Assembly (NCBI GenBank): GCA_045604285.1
Contig: JAZUNS010000043.1
Span: 1-47,609 of the forward strand
DNA length: 47,609 nucleotides
DNA from: Eubacteriales bacterium
GTDB taxonomy: Bacteria > Bacillota > Clostridia > Oscillospirales > CAG-382
Direction: 5' to 3'
Numbering within the stretch: the stretch's first letter is position 1; each line of letters begins with the position of its first letter. Position numbers and translations under genes: made by a program. The notes beneath the pieces are model-generated. The model was not told the origin of the DNA and searched no databases. It worked only from the letters and a program-made list of their open reading frames with translations. Below are positions 26,997-35,207 of the stretch, in pieces.

Positions 26997-27545
26997 ATGG
27001 ATAACGGTGCAAGTAGCTACCGCCGTTTTCTTGATGGTGATGAAAGCGCCTTTGACGATATAATAAACGAGCTGTTTTTAAGCCTGGTTTTCTTTATTAA
27101 CGGCTACGTACAAGACGTACACGCTGCCGAAGATATTGCTATTGACGCTTTTTCCGATCTGATAGTACATAAGCACAGGTATAACTTTAAGGTAAAGCTT
27201 AAAACATATCTGTTTATGGTCGGCAGAAGCCGTGCTTTGGATTATATAAGGCGGCGCAAAGCCATAAGCTTTGTTGAGCTGAACGAAGCACAGGCAATAG
27301 CCGACGGCGGCGATTCTTTGGAACAAACCGTGCTTGCAGATGAGAGAAAGCGCCAATTACACGGTGCAATAGCAAAGCTGCCAGAGGATATGCGTGCTGT
27401 TGTACATTTGGTGTATTTTGAAGACGCCACCTACGACGAAGCGGCAAAAATAATGAAGAAAAGCAGAAAGCAGGTTGACAATCTTCTATATCGTGCAAAA
27501 AAGGAGCTTCGAGCCATTCTTGGAAGGGATGGTGAGTTGATATGA
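26997..27545 (+). CDS. ECF-type sigma-70 family RNA polymerase sigma factor
   Basis: The tracked ORF starts at 26910, inside the terminator. I prefer the ATG at 26997 with GGAGG 6 nt upstream (182 aa). Region 2 (DIAIDAFSDLI...YLFMVGRSRALDYIRR) and region 4 (MRAVVHLVYFEDATYDEAAKIM..QVDNLLYRAKKELR). Confidence 0.85.
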   Translation: MDNGASSYRRFLDGDESAFDDIINELFLSLVFFINGYVQDVHAAEDIAIDAFSDLIVHKHRYNFKVKLKTYLFMVGRSRALDYIRRRKAISFVELNEAQAIADGGDSLEQTVLADERKRQLHGAIAKLPEDMRAVVHLVYFEDATYDEAAKIMKKSRKQVDNLLYRAKKELRAILGRDGELI

Positions 27546-28249
27546 GAGAACTAAATGAATGCAGGGCGGAAATTCACAGCCGCAGCAAGGAACGCATACA
27601 AAAGCGTCGCAGGGTAAGACGCATACTTTTGGTTTGTATTCCGCTTTGTCTTGCCGTAACGCTGTGTTTTACTTTTGCTATAGGCAACTTTGTCGGTACC
27701 GACAGAATAAAAAACGGTGTTGCTGAGAATATGGAAGCAGAATATACAGAAACAAACAAAGATGATTTTTATACAGAAAGTGTTTTGACAAGCAATAACG
27801 TCGCCGAAGGGTTAAATTCTATGGAAAGCTTTAGTTTTTCCTTTAATTGGGGATGCTTTGGCGAAAGCTTTTATGACAGCGAGTCCGGAAGGCTTGTTAA
27901 AACAACGGCTGCGACCAAGCCGGAGGACTACGTTACCGTCCACGTTCTGACCGATAATGAAAGAAAACAGATCTACGATTTGATCATGGGGCTTGACTTA
28001 TGCAGTTATCCCGATAGATACAACCCGCACACCGACGGTACTGCGTCAGACCCTTCCATGACTTTAATACTTTCGGTTAAAACGTCCGAATTTGAAAAAA
28101 GCGTTACTGCCGCTGACGTTGCAGCTACCTACGAATGCAAGGACGAAAAGGGGCAAAAGTTTCTTTCCGTGTGCATGACAATCGCAGACATTCTTATGGG
28201 AACCGAAGAGTGGAGGGCGTTGCCCGATTATGAATTTTATTATGCGTGA
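27542..28249 (+). CDS. single-pass membrane protein co-translated with the ECF sigma (anti-sigma position, but no recognisable anti-sigma domain)
   Basis: 235 aa. ATGA overlap with the sigma stop. ~25-aa basic N-terminus, a TM segment (ILLVCIPLCLAVTLCFTFAIGNF), and a ~185-aa extracytoplasmic part with 4 Cys. Confidence 0.65.
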   Translation: MRELNECRAEIHSRSKERIQKRRRVRRILLVCIPLCLAVTLCFTFAIGNFVGTDRIKNGVAENMEAEYTETNKDDFYTESVLTSNNVAEGLNSMESFSFSFNWGCFGESFYDSESGRLVKTTAATKPEDYVTVHVLTDNERKQIYDLIMGLDLCSYPDRYNPHTDGTASDPSMTLILSVKTSEFEKSVTAADVAATYECKDEKGQKFLSVCMTIADILMGTEEWRALPDYEFYYA

Positions 28250-28263
28250 AAGGAGCAAAACCG

Positions 28264-29517
28264 ATGAAAACAAAAACCATTGTTTTAGCAATAACAAGTG
28301 TACTGCTTGTTTGTGCAATAACGATTAACCTTGTGGGATGTACTACAACGGTTAAGGCCACTAACCTTATGGATGGCATAACCCCCAACAAAGTTGATGC
28401 ACTTAACAGCTATGCCGACAAAAATAAAGCCGCAAGCGATTTTGCTTTGCGTTTGTTTAAAGCCACGGAGGTTAAGGGCAAAAACACCCTTATCTCTCCC
28501 CTATCCGTGCTTTGCGCATTGGCAATGACTGCCAACGGCGCAGAGGGTGAAACTCTTGAACAAATGGAATCCACCCTCGGAATGAGCCGTAACGACATTA
28601 ACTTATATATTTACAGCTATATAAAATCCCTTGAAAATGGGGATAAATATAAGCTGTCCACGGCGAACTCGGTATGGTTTATAGATGACGAAAAATTTAC
28701 CGTTAACAAAAGCTTTTTACAAACCAACGCCGATTATTACGGCGCAAACGTATATAAAACACCCTTTGATGAACAAACTTTAAAAGACATTAACAACTGG
28801 GTTAAAGAAAATACCGATGAAATGATTCCAGAAATTCTGGATACGATACCGGAAGGTGCCGTAATGTACCTTGTGAACGCCTTGGCTTTTGAGGCTGAAT
28901 GGGAAGAACCGTATAAAAAGGCAGATGTAAGTGAAGGGACTTTTACAAAAGAGGACGGAACTAAGCAAACCGCAAAGTTTATGTACGGAATAGACGGCAC
29001 GTACCTTGAGGATGAAAAAGCTACCGGTTTTATTAAGCGTTACAGCGGCGGCAAGTATGCCTTTGTTGCTCTTCTGCCCAATGAAGGTATAAGCGTTTCC
29101 GAATACGTTTCCTCCCTTGACGGAGAGGGGCTTTGCAGTTTGTTTGAAAACGCCGAACGAACAACGGTTAAAACGGCAATTCCTAAATTCGAAAACGAGT
29201 ATAGCGTAGAAATATCCGAAGAACTTAAAAAAATGGGTATGCCCAAAGCATTTTGCGACGAAGCGGAATTCAACGGACTTGGCACCTACGAGGGCGGCGG
29301 ATTGTTTATAAGCAGAGTGCTTCACAAGACCTATATTTCCGTGGCAGAAAAAGGTACCAAGGCAGGTGCCGCAACAGCCGTTGAGGTTAATACAGAAGGC
29401 GAAATCGACGTTATCGACAGCAAAACCGTATATCTTGACCGTCCATTTGTGTATATGCTTATCGACTGCAAAAACAACGTTCCCTTCTTTATCGGAACCC
29501 TAAACGACGTTAAATAA
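28264..29517 (+). CDS. serpin-family serine protease inhibitor, predicted lipoprotein
   Basis: I prefer the ATG at 28264 (AAAGGAG 7 nt upstream). Signal peptide with lipobox LVGC. Serpin core (NTLISPLSV..ALAMTANGA, NALAFEAEWEEPY, FVALLPNEG, IPKFE). Hinge/RCL EKGTKAGAATAVEV... then LDRPFVYML. Confidence 0.9.
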   Translation: MKTKTIVLAITSVLLVCAITINLVGCTTTVKATNLMDGITPNKVDALNSYADKNKAASDFALRLFKATEVKGKNTLISPLSVLCALAMTANGAEGETLEQMESTLGMSRNDINLYIYSYIKSLENGDKYKLSTANSVWFIDDEKFTVNKSFLQTNADYYGANVYKTPFDEQTLKDINNWVKENTDEMIPEILDTIPEGAVMYLVNALAFEAEWEEPYKKADVSEGTFTKEDGTKQTAKFMYGIDGTYLEDEKATGFIKRYSGGKYAFVALLPNEGISVSEYVSSLDGEGLCSLFENAERTTVKTAIPKFENEYSVEISEELKKMGMPKAFCDEAEFNGLGTYEGGGLFISRVLHKTYISVAEKGTKAGAATAVEVNTEGEIDVIDSKTVYLDRPFVYMLIDCKNNVPFFIGTLNDVK

Positions 29518-29522
29518 CAATT

Positions 29523-29870
29523 ATGCACAAGATAAAGAATTTTTTTATACTGATTTCCCCGTTATCTTCGTTTTTGCTGCTGGTTTATCCTTATTCGCTT
29601 TTCAACCGCAAATTTCTTGTTAAATGGTTAGGTTGCGGTTGCCCTAAGGTGGACGAATACGGCAATATGATACACGACTATTTCAGCGCCAATGATTTTT
29701 CGGCGTGGTTTTGGTTGATAATCACAATCGGCGTAACGGTCATTTCGGTTTTGCTTGCAAAACGAATCTTAAAAGAAAAGCTTTTGGCAAGGGTATTTTA
29801 CGTTATTTTGATGTTCTCAGCCTCGATCTTATTTTCTCAGTGGTTTTATCAATCTATGATGTGGAAATGA
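29523..29870 (+). CDS. hypothetical small membrane protein
   Basis: 115 aa with about 3 hydrophobic segments. No clear RBS; followed by a terminator. Confidence 0.45.
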   Translation: MHKIKNFFILISPLSSFLLLVYPYSLFNRKFLVKWLGCGCPKVDEYGNMIHDYFSANDFSAWFWLIITIGVTVISVLLAKRILKEKLLARVFYVILMFSASILFSQWFYQSMMWK

Positions 29871-29874
29871 AAAA

Positions 29875-29907
29875 ATGTACTTCTCGGTATCGAGAAGTAC
29901 ATTTTTT
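29875..29907. terminator. bidirectional rho-independent terminator between convergent genes
   Basis: 12-bp stem ATGTACTTCTCG/CGAGAAGTACAT flanked by an A-run and a T-run. Confidence 0.8.
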
Positions 29908-30259
29908 ATTTCTGTTTACTTTTAAAAATCAACGACCAGAAAAAAGCGAATACCACGGCTGCCGTGATACCTGCTGCCGTACCCGTAAGCCCACCGGTTA
30001 AAGCGCCTAACAATCCGTTTGAGTCAACAGCCGCCTTTGTTTCGGTTGCCAAAGTATAGCCAAAGCCAACGATCGGCACGGTTGCACCTGACGTGGCAAA
30101 ATCAACTATCTTTTCGTATACGCCGATCGCCGTAAGGAATACGCCCGCCACCACGAACGAGACGAGTATTCTTGCCCCCGTCATTGCCGTTTTATCTATC
30201 AACACCTGGGCTATTGCGCATATTAATCCACCTACAAGAAAAACCTTTAAATATTCCAT
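29906..30259 (-). CDS. spoVAE: stage V sporulation protein AE (SpoVAEb type)
   Basis: 117 aa polytopic membrane protein, LVGGLICAIAQVLID...VPIVGFGYTLA. Last gene of the spoVAC-AD-AE trio. Confidence 0.88.
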   Translation of the reverse strand: MEYLKVFLVGGLICAIAQVLIDKTAMTGARILVSFVVAGVFLTAIGVYEKIVDFATSGATVPIVGFGYTLATETKAAVDSNGLLGALTGGLTGTAAGITAAVVFAFFWSLIFKSKQK

Positions 30260-30263
30260 TTAG

Positions 30264-31256
30264 TTACTGCCTTTCAAAACATACTGCATGGGCAATGCCC
30301 GATATACTTTGACCTTGAAAAACCGTTGTGGGATTCATAAGAGCACCCGTAGGTACAAGCAAAAATCTTTGTATCTCGCCTTCACAAAGCCTTGGCAAAA
30401 AATATCCCGTTGAAACGGCGGCACTGCAGCCACAGCCCGATCCGCCGGAATGTACGTCTTGCCCCTCCATATCGAATATCATCATGCCGCAATCCGTATA
30501 CTTATCCTTAAGCCCCGGTATGGAATCCCCCAGAAGGTCGCAGCAAATCTCGTACCCTTCCCTGCCAAGGTCTCCCGTTGCAATCACGTCAAAATCCTCG
30601 GGGCTTTTGCCGCTTAATGCAAAGTAGCGCCTTACCGTATCCGCCGCCGCCTTTGCCATGGCGGCACCCATGTTATTTACATCGGTGATACCCGCATCGA
30701 CTATTCTGCCTACAAGACCATCCTTTAACGCAAGGTCTGACTTTTGATTTGACAAAAATACCGCACCGCACCCGGTAACGGTATTTTGTGCCGTGGGGGT
30801 ACGTTGACCGCCGTACTCTAAAGGAAATCTGTATTGCTTTTCTGCCGAGCAAAAGTGAGAGCTGGCAAACCCAATTGCGCTGTTGCACAAACCTCCGTTT
30901 ATTATACTGCCCGCAACAAGCATTGCTTCCCCAAAGGTAGAGCAAGCACCGTACAGTCCAAGATACGGTATGCCCCACTCCTTCACACCAAAGCTGCTTG
31001 CCACACATTGATTAAGCAAATCTCCGCCGCAAATCAAATCAGGTGAAGACGGATCGCTGTTGGATTTGGACAAAAGCAAATTGATGCATCTGTGCACCAT
31101 TTCGCTCTCCGCCTCTTCCCAGGTAGCTTTTCCGAAATACTCATCTTCCTCACACATATCAAAGCAGTCAGCCAAAGGGCCTGCCTTTTCTGTTTTTCCC
31201 ACGACAGATGCAAAGTTTTTAACGTATACGTTATTAAAAACAAACAGCTCTTTCAT
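30264..31256 (-). CDS. spoVAD: stage V sporulation protein AD
   Basis: 330 aa, thiolase-like fold pattern, FASVVGKTEKAGPL...GLYGACST. Confidence 0.88.
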   Translation of the reverse strand: MKELFVFNNVYVKNFASVVGKTEKAGPLADCFDMCEEDEYFGKATWEEAESEMVHRCINLLLSKSNSDPSSPDLICGGDLLNQCVASSFGVKEWGIPYLGLYGACSTFGEAMLVAGSIINGGLCNSAIGFASSHFCSAEKQYRFPLEYGGQRTPTAQNTVTGCGAVFLSNQKSDLALKDGLVGRIVDAGITDVNNMGAAMAKAAADTVRRYFALSGKSPEDFDVIATGDLGREGYEICCDLLGDSIPGLKDKYTDCGMMIFDMEGQDVHSGGSGCGCSAAVSTGYFLPRLCEGEIQRFLLVPTGALMNPTTVFQGQSISGIAHAVCFERQ

Positions 31257-31694
31257 TTAAAGCACCTTCTCTACCACATAGTAAATGACCCCGTACACAG
31301 ATGAGGAAAGTGTACCGAAAACTATTACCGGGCCTGCAATAACAAACATTTTTGCACAGGTACCGTATATTAAGCCCTCGGTTTTATTTTCAATTGCGGG
31401 TGAGGCTATTGCGTTAGCAAACCCGGTTATCGGTACAAGGGTACCTGCGCCTGCAAATTTGCCCATGGGACTAAACCAACCTATTCCCGTGAGTAGTCCT
31501 GCAAAAAAGATTAAAGACACGGTACTTAAGGTTTGTGCGTTTTTTAAATCTGCACCTAAAGCCACGTAAATATCCGTCAAGGCTTTCCCGATACAGCATA
31601 TTAAACCGCCTACCGCAAAGGCTTTTATTGTGTTAATAAAGCACGGTGTTCTTTTTGCCCTATCTTCAACATATTTTTTGTAATCGGTATTCAT
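31257..31694 (-). CDS. spoVAC: stage V sporulation protein AC
   Basis: 145 aa membrane protein, AFAVGGLICCIGKAL...LVPITGFANA. Its stop abuts the spoVAD start. RBS GAGGTGA. Confidence 0.88.
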   Translation of the reverse strand: MNTDYKKYVEDRAKRTPCFINTIKAFAVGGLICCIGKALTDIYVALGADLKNAQTLSTVSLIFFAGLLTGIGWFSPMGKFAGAGTLVPITGFANAIASPAIENKTEGLIYGTCAKMFVIAGPVIVFGTLSSSVYGVIYYVVEKVL

Positions 31695-31713
31695 AAATTT
31701 GTCACCTCATCCA

Positions 31714-31742
31714 TATTTTGTCTTGGAAATCTTTATTTATTC
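31714..31742 (-). promoter_or_regulatory. possible forespore (sigma-G/F type) promoter for spoVAC-AD-AE
   Basis: The minus strand reads GAATA-17 nt-CAAAATA, which resembles GnATA-17/18-CAtnnTA. By-eye match only. Confidence 0.3.
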
Positions 31743-31751
31743 CCCAAACTA

Positions 31752-31780
31752 TTGACTTTTTTGGATGAATAATATATAAT
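31752..31780 (+). promoter_or_regulatory. sigma-A promoter for the AMP-ligase/ACP genes
   Basis: TTGACT-17 nt-TATAAT, 85 nt upstream of the ATG at 31865. Confidence 0.7.
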
Positions 31781-31864
31781 ATTTGCAAGTTTTAATGCTG
31801 AGGAGGTGTGCCTATAGGTATAAAGTGCGGTTTTAGCTACATCTTACCATAAGGAGGCAAGCAA

Positions 31865-33601
31865 ATGAAAAATTATTTTCCGAAAGAAAAAGTACAGACC
31901 TATACCGACGTAAGAGCTTTGGTAACGGGCTGCGGTAAATTCGGTGAAAAAACATTATATAAATATATAGTCAACAAAGATGAAATCAAGGAGCTTTCCT
32001 ATAAGAGCTTCTCAGAAAATATTATAAACGTTGCGACTGCGCTGTACGCATTAAATCTTAAGGGCAAAAAAGTTGCAATTTTGTCTGAATCGAGGCCGGA
32101 ATGGTTGCAGGCGTACCTTGCGATACTTTGCGCCAAGGGCGTTGTTGTGCCCTTGGATAAAGAGCTTATGCCCGATCAAATTTTAGGTTTTCTTAAAATG
32201 GCTGATTGTGCGGCTATATTTATCTCACCCGATTATAAAAAGAAATTGGGCGATTCTCTTAAGGATGCCGAGGTTAACTACATCTTTGACATGGAGATTG
32301 GCAATTATACCCCCTATACAGGCAACTACGAGGTTTTTGCCGATAGGCGTTGTATAAACTTTTACGAGCTTTTGGCATACGGTGCCTATCTGCTTTCTGC
32401 AGGTTTTATGGGAATATACAACTTAACCTACGACCCCGACGCTTTGGCATCAATATTATTTACCAGCGGTACTACAGGCACAAGTAAGGGTGTTATGTTA
32501 TCCCATAAAAACCTTTTGGTTACCTCTGCTCATTCCGCTAATATAACGCCTTTTGACCAAAACGACGTTTTCCTTTCCGTATTGCCCATGCATCACACTT
32601 ATGAAACTACCATTGACTTGGCAATTTTACATTTGGGCTCTACAATATGTATCAATAACAGCATTAAGTACGTGCTTAAAAATTTAAAGCGCTTTAAGCC
32701 TACGGGCTTCGTTTTGGTGCCTTTATTCGTGCAGACCATTCATAAAAGAATTACGGACGAGATAAAGAAAAAAGGCAAGCAGGGTACGTTCGACAAAGCA
32801 GTTAAGCTTACAAAAGGCTTAAGAAAAGTAAAAATCGACCTGCGCCGTCCGTTCTTTAGCGAGATCATCAGCTCCTTGGGCGGCAGACTTAAAACAATAA
32901 TCTGCGGCGGTGCTGCACTTGACCCTGAGCTGGTTAAAAATTTCCAAGACATGGGCATCAACATATATCAAGGCTACGGCATTACAGAATGCTCGCCCTT
33001 GGTTTCGGTTGACCTTTATACAAAGCCAAAGAGCGGCTCGGTAGGACCTGCTATTCCCTGCTGCAACGTCAAAATCGTTAAGGAGATAGACGGAGAGCTT
33101 GTATACGCGGAAAACGGTGAGGTTGGCGAAATAGCCGTTAAAGGCGATAACGTAATGCTTGGCTATTACAAAGACGCAGCCGCAACCAAGGCTGCATTCA
33201 CCGATGACGGATACTTCCTTACCGGTGACCTTGGCAAGCTTGATAACGACGGTTATATTTACATTACGGGCAGAAAGAAAAACTTAATTATTCTTTCTAA
33301 CGGTAAAAACGTATACCCCGAAGAAATCGAAGAATATTTGTTGCGTTTGGATAGCATAAAAGAGTGTGCGGTAATAGCAAGAACCAACAATTTGGGCGAA
33401 TCTGTTATCACTGCCATAATCCTTCCCACGCAAGAGCTGCTTGAAAGCGGTGACGAAGCCGCCATTCAGGCGAAAATTAAAGAGGACGTTTTGGCGGTTA
33501 ATAATCTTCTGCCCTCGTTCAAGCAAATTAGGAACGTCGAGATAAGACGTAACGAGTTTGATAAGACTTCCACCCAAAAGATCAAGCGTTTTATGCTTTA
33601 A
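31865..33601 (+). CDS. AMP-dependent synthetase/ligase (long-chain fatty acid-CoA ligase or acyl-ACP synthetase like)
   Basis: 578 aa. AMP-binding motif ILFTSGTTGTSKGVMLSHKN, plus YGITE, TGDLG and a conserved C-terminal K. RBS AAGGAGG. Confidence 0.88.
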   Translation: MKNYFPKEKVQTYTDVRALVTGCGKFGEKTLYKYIVNKDEIKELSYKSFSENIINVATALYALNLKGKKVAILSESRPEWLQAYLAILCAKGVVVPLDKELMPDQILGFLKMADCAAIFISPDYKKKLGDSLKDAEVNYIFDMEIGNYTPYTGNYEVFADRRCINFYELLAYGAYLLSAGFMGIYNLTYDPDALASILFTSGTTGTSKGVMLSHKNLLVTSAHSANITPFDQNDVFLSVLPMHHTYETTIDLAILHLGSTICINNSIKYVLKNLKRFKPTGFVLVPLFVQTIHKRITDEIKKKGKQGTFDKAVKLTKGLRKVKIDLRRPFFSEIISSLGGRLKTIICGGAALDPELVKNFQDMGINIYQGYGITECSPLVSVDLYTKPKSGSVGPAIPCCNVKIVKEIDGELVYAENGEVGEIAVKGDNVMLGYYKDAAATKAAFTDDGYFLTGDLGKLDNDGYIYITGRKKNLIILSNGKNVYPEEIEEYLLRLDSIKECAVIARTNNLGESVITAIILPTQELLESGDEAAIQAKIKEDVLAVNNLLPSFKQIRNVEIRRNEFDKTSTQKIKRFML

Positions 33602-33656
33602 TTTATAAACTAATTTCAGAAGGAGATGGGCGATCTGCTTCGCCCTTGATCAAATT

Positions 33657-33881
33657 ATGTTTGAACAATTTAAAAATCTGTTGGCAGAGGAAATGAGCAT
33701 CAATGCCGATGACGTCACCATGGATTCCTCTTTTGTAAACGACCTTGGCTTCAATTCTTTGCAGCTTGCAGATTTGGTTGTACTTTGTGAACACACCTTT
33801 GATATTGAGTTTGACGATGAAGAGCTTCCGCATCTGCTTACCGTTAAGGACGTTATCAACTACATCGAAAGCCACAAATAA
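33657..33881 (+). CDS. stand-alone acyl carrier protein (phosphopantetheine attachment site variant GFNSL)
   Basis: 74 aa, acidic, four-helix ACP pattern. The Ser sits in LGFNSLQLADL at the canonical distance from the N-terminus. Confidence 0.8.
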   Translation: MFEQFKNLLAEEMSINADDVTMDSSFVNDLGFNSLQLADLVVLCEHTFDIEFDDEELPHLLTVKDVINYIESHK

Positions 33882-33884
33882 CAC

Positions 33885-33921
33885 AAAAAAGCTCAGGACT
33901 GCAACGCCCTGAGCTTTTTTA
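33885..33921. terminator. bidirectional rho-independent terminator (ACP gene / sortase gene)
   Basis: Stem GCTCAGG/CCTGAGC flanked by A6 and T6. Confidence 0.7.
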
Positions 33922-33928
33922 TTAGACT

Positions 33929-35011
33929 TTAGAAGTAGTATACGTTCTTAAGAATCCCGTGAAGAACGTAGCGTTCTGCCGGTTTTGACGAGAGATTGGT
34001 GCAAGTTATAAGCGTTATTATCTTGGAATCTCCGTCATAAGTAACGTCCTTGCTTATGGTGTTTAACGCACGTCTGCCCTTAAGGTAGTTGTAAAACCTT
34101 TTTGAGCTGGTATCGGTTGAATAGCAGTAGGCAAATGCATCGCCCTCGGCACGGTAGCCTGAGAAATATTCGTAAACGTAAACGGCTTTTTCGGTTACTA
34201 CGGTTATTTCCATCTCCTGCGCTTTTGTGTATCTGTTTGCGCTGTCAAAGAAAAGCTTTAGTGCTCTGAAACGGGTGCCATCCGTCATACAATGGCCGTA
34301 TAAAACCACGTTTCTGTTTTCCTCATACTCGTCCCTTAAAGATGAATCTGCAAATATGGACCCTTTTTTGCTTGCTTCTCGGTTAGGAAGGCGATATAGG
34401 TATTCGTCATTATCGTCACCCTTCATAACAAGATAATCAATAGCAGTGTCCTTTACAACAATATACGCCCAGCTTTCTTCGTTAATTTCCTTTCCTTCGT
34501 AAAGCTTATTCCTAAGGGATTCGTAATAATCCTGCTTATTGGTATCCAAAGAATCGAACATTTCAATGCCGCCGATATCACTTCCCAAAAACTGAAGCAA
34601 GTCCTTGCTGGTGGGAACAGGGCGTGAATTTCTAAGCGCAGGCATTACCGAATCTTTTTTGCCCAACATAGCGTCAAACTCGTCCGCTGCAGAAAAGTCG
34701 TTCATTCTTGAAACTATATTGCTTAAGGAAAACGCAAACAAGCCAAGGCACAAACACAAAGCAACAAGACGAACCATTCCGTTAACGCCAAGCTTGCGTT
34801 TTTTTCTTTTTTTACCCTTGGGTACGTTTGCGGAAGAATAAAGAGACAACGATTCTTCAAACGACACGTCCGCGGCCTTTTCTTCTACGGGATTTACTGC
34901 GGGGATCGGGTCGTTGTTATCCGTTTCAGCCGCACTGCTAGGGGTTGAGTTAACGGCGGGTGAATTTAAAAAATACTCTTCTGTTTCAAAATCGGGTGTT
35001 TTATTCGACAT
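33929..35011 (-). CDS. srtB: class B sortase with an unusually long N-terminal cytoplasmic extension
   Basis: 360 aa. TM at about aa 79-100 after KKRKKRK. Catalytic His in VVLYGHCMTDGTRF, Cys in ITLITCTN, Arg in ERYVLHG. RBS GAGGTGG. Confidence 0.8.
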   Translation of the reverse strand: MSNKTPDFETEEYFLNSPAVNSTPSSAAETDNNDPIPAVNPVEEKAADVSFEESLSLYSSANVPKGKKRKKRKLGVNGMVRLVALCLCLGLFAFSLSNIVSRMNDFSAADEFDAMLGKKDSVMPALRNSRPVPTSKDLLQFLGSDIGGIEMFDSLDTNKQDYYESLRNKLYEGKEINEESWAYIVVKDTAIDYLVMKGDDNDEYLYRLPNREASKKGSIFADSSLRDEYEENRNVVLYGHCMTDGTRFRALKLFFDSANRYTKAQEMEITVVTEKAVYVYEYFSGYRAEGDAFAYCYSTDTSSKRFYNYLKGRRALNTISKDVTYDGDSKIITLITCTNLSSKPAERYVLHGILKNVYYF

Positions 35012-35044
35012 TATTCCACCTCTTTTCGCGATGCTTTAATATGT

Positions 35045-35073
35045 ATTATACCCAAATTAATGGCTGTTTTCAA
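35045..35073 (-). promoter_or_regulatory. sigma-A promoter for the sortase gene
   Basis: The minus strand reads TTGAAA-17 nt-TATAAT. Confidence 0.6.
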
Positions 35074-35134
35074 TACTATATTATTATTTTTTTGCTGAAA
35101 ATAGCCTTTAATTTAAACAAAGTTAAAATTTAAG

Positions 35135-35162
35135 TTGACAATTTTAATAAAATGTATAAAAT
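35135..35162 (+). promoter_or_regulatory. sigma-A promoter for tig(-clpP-clpX)
   Basis: TTGACA-16 nt-TAAAAT, about 45 nt upstream of the tig ATG. Confidence 0.5.
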
Positions 35163-35207
35163 GGTAATGTTAGGATTATATCTTATTTTACTTGGAGGTA
35201 TTTAAAA

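Noticed and set aside
31801-31864. Possible SD-sequestering helix in the AMP-ligase 5' UTR (UGCCU 31809-31813 pairing with AGGCA 31855-31859, GGUA/UACC inner stem), plus an upstream orphan GAGGAGG
   Set aside because: The helices are short (5+2+4 bp with bulges), I cannot assess any conserved motif or covariation, and the observation is too weak to call a regulatory element.
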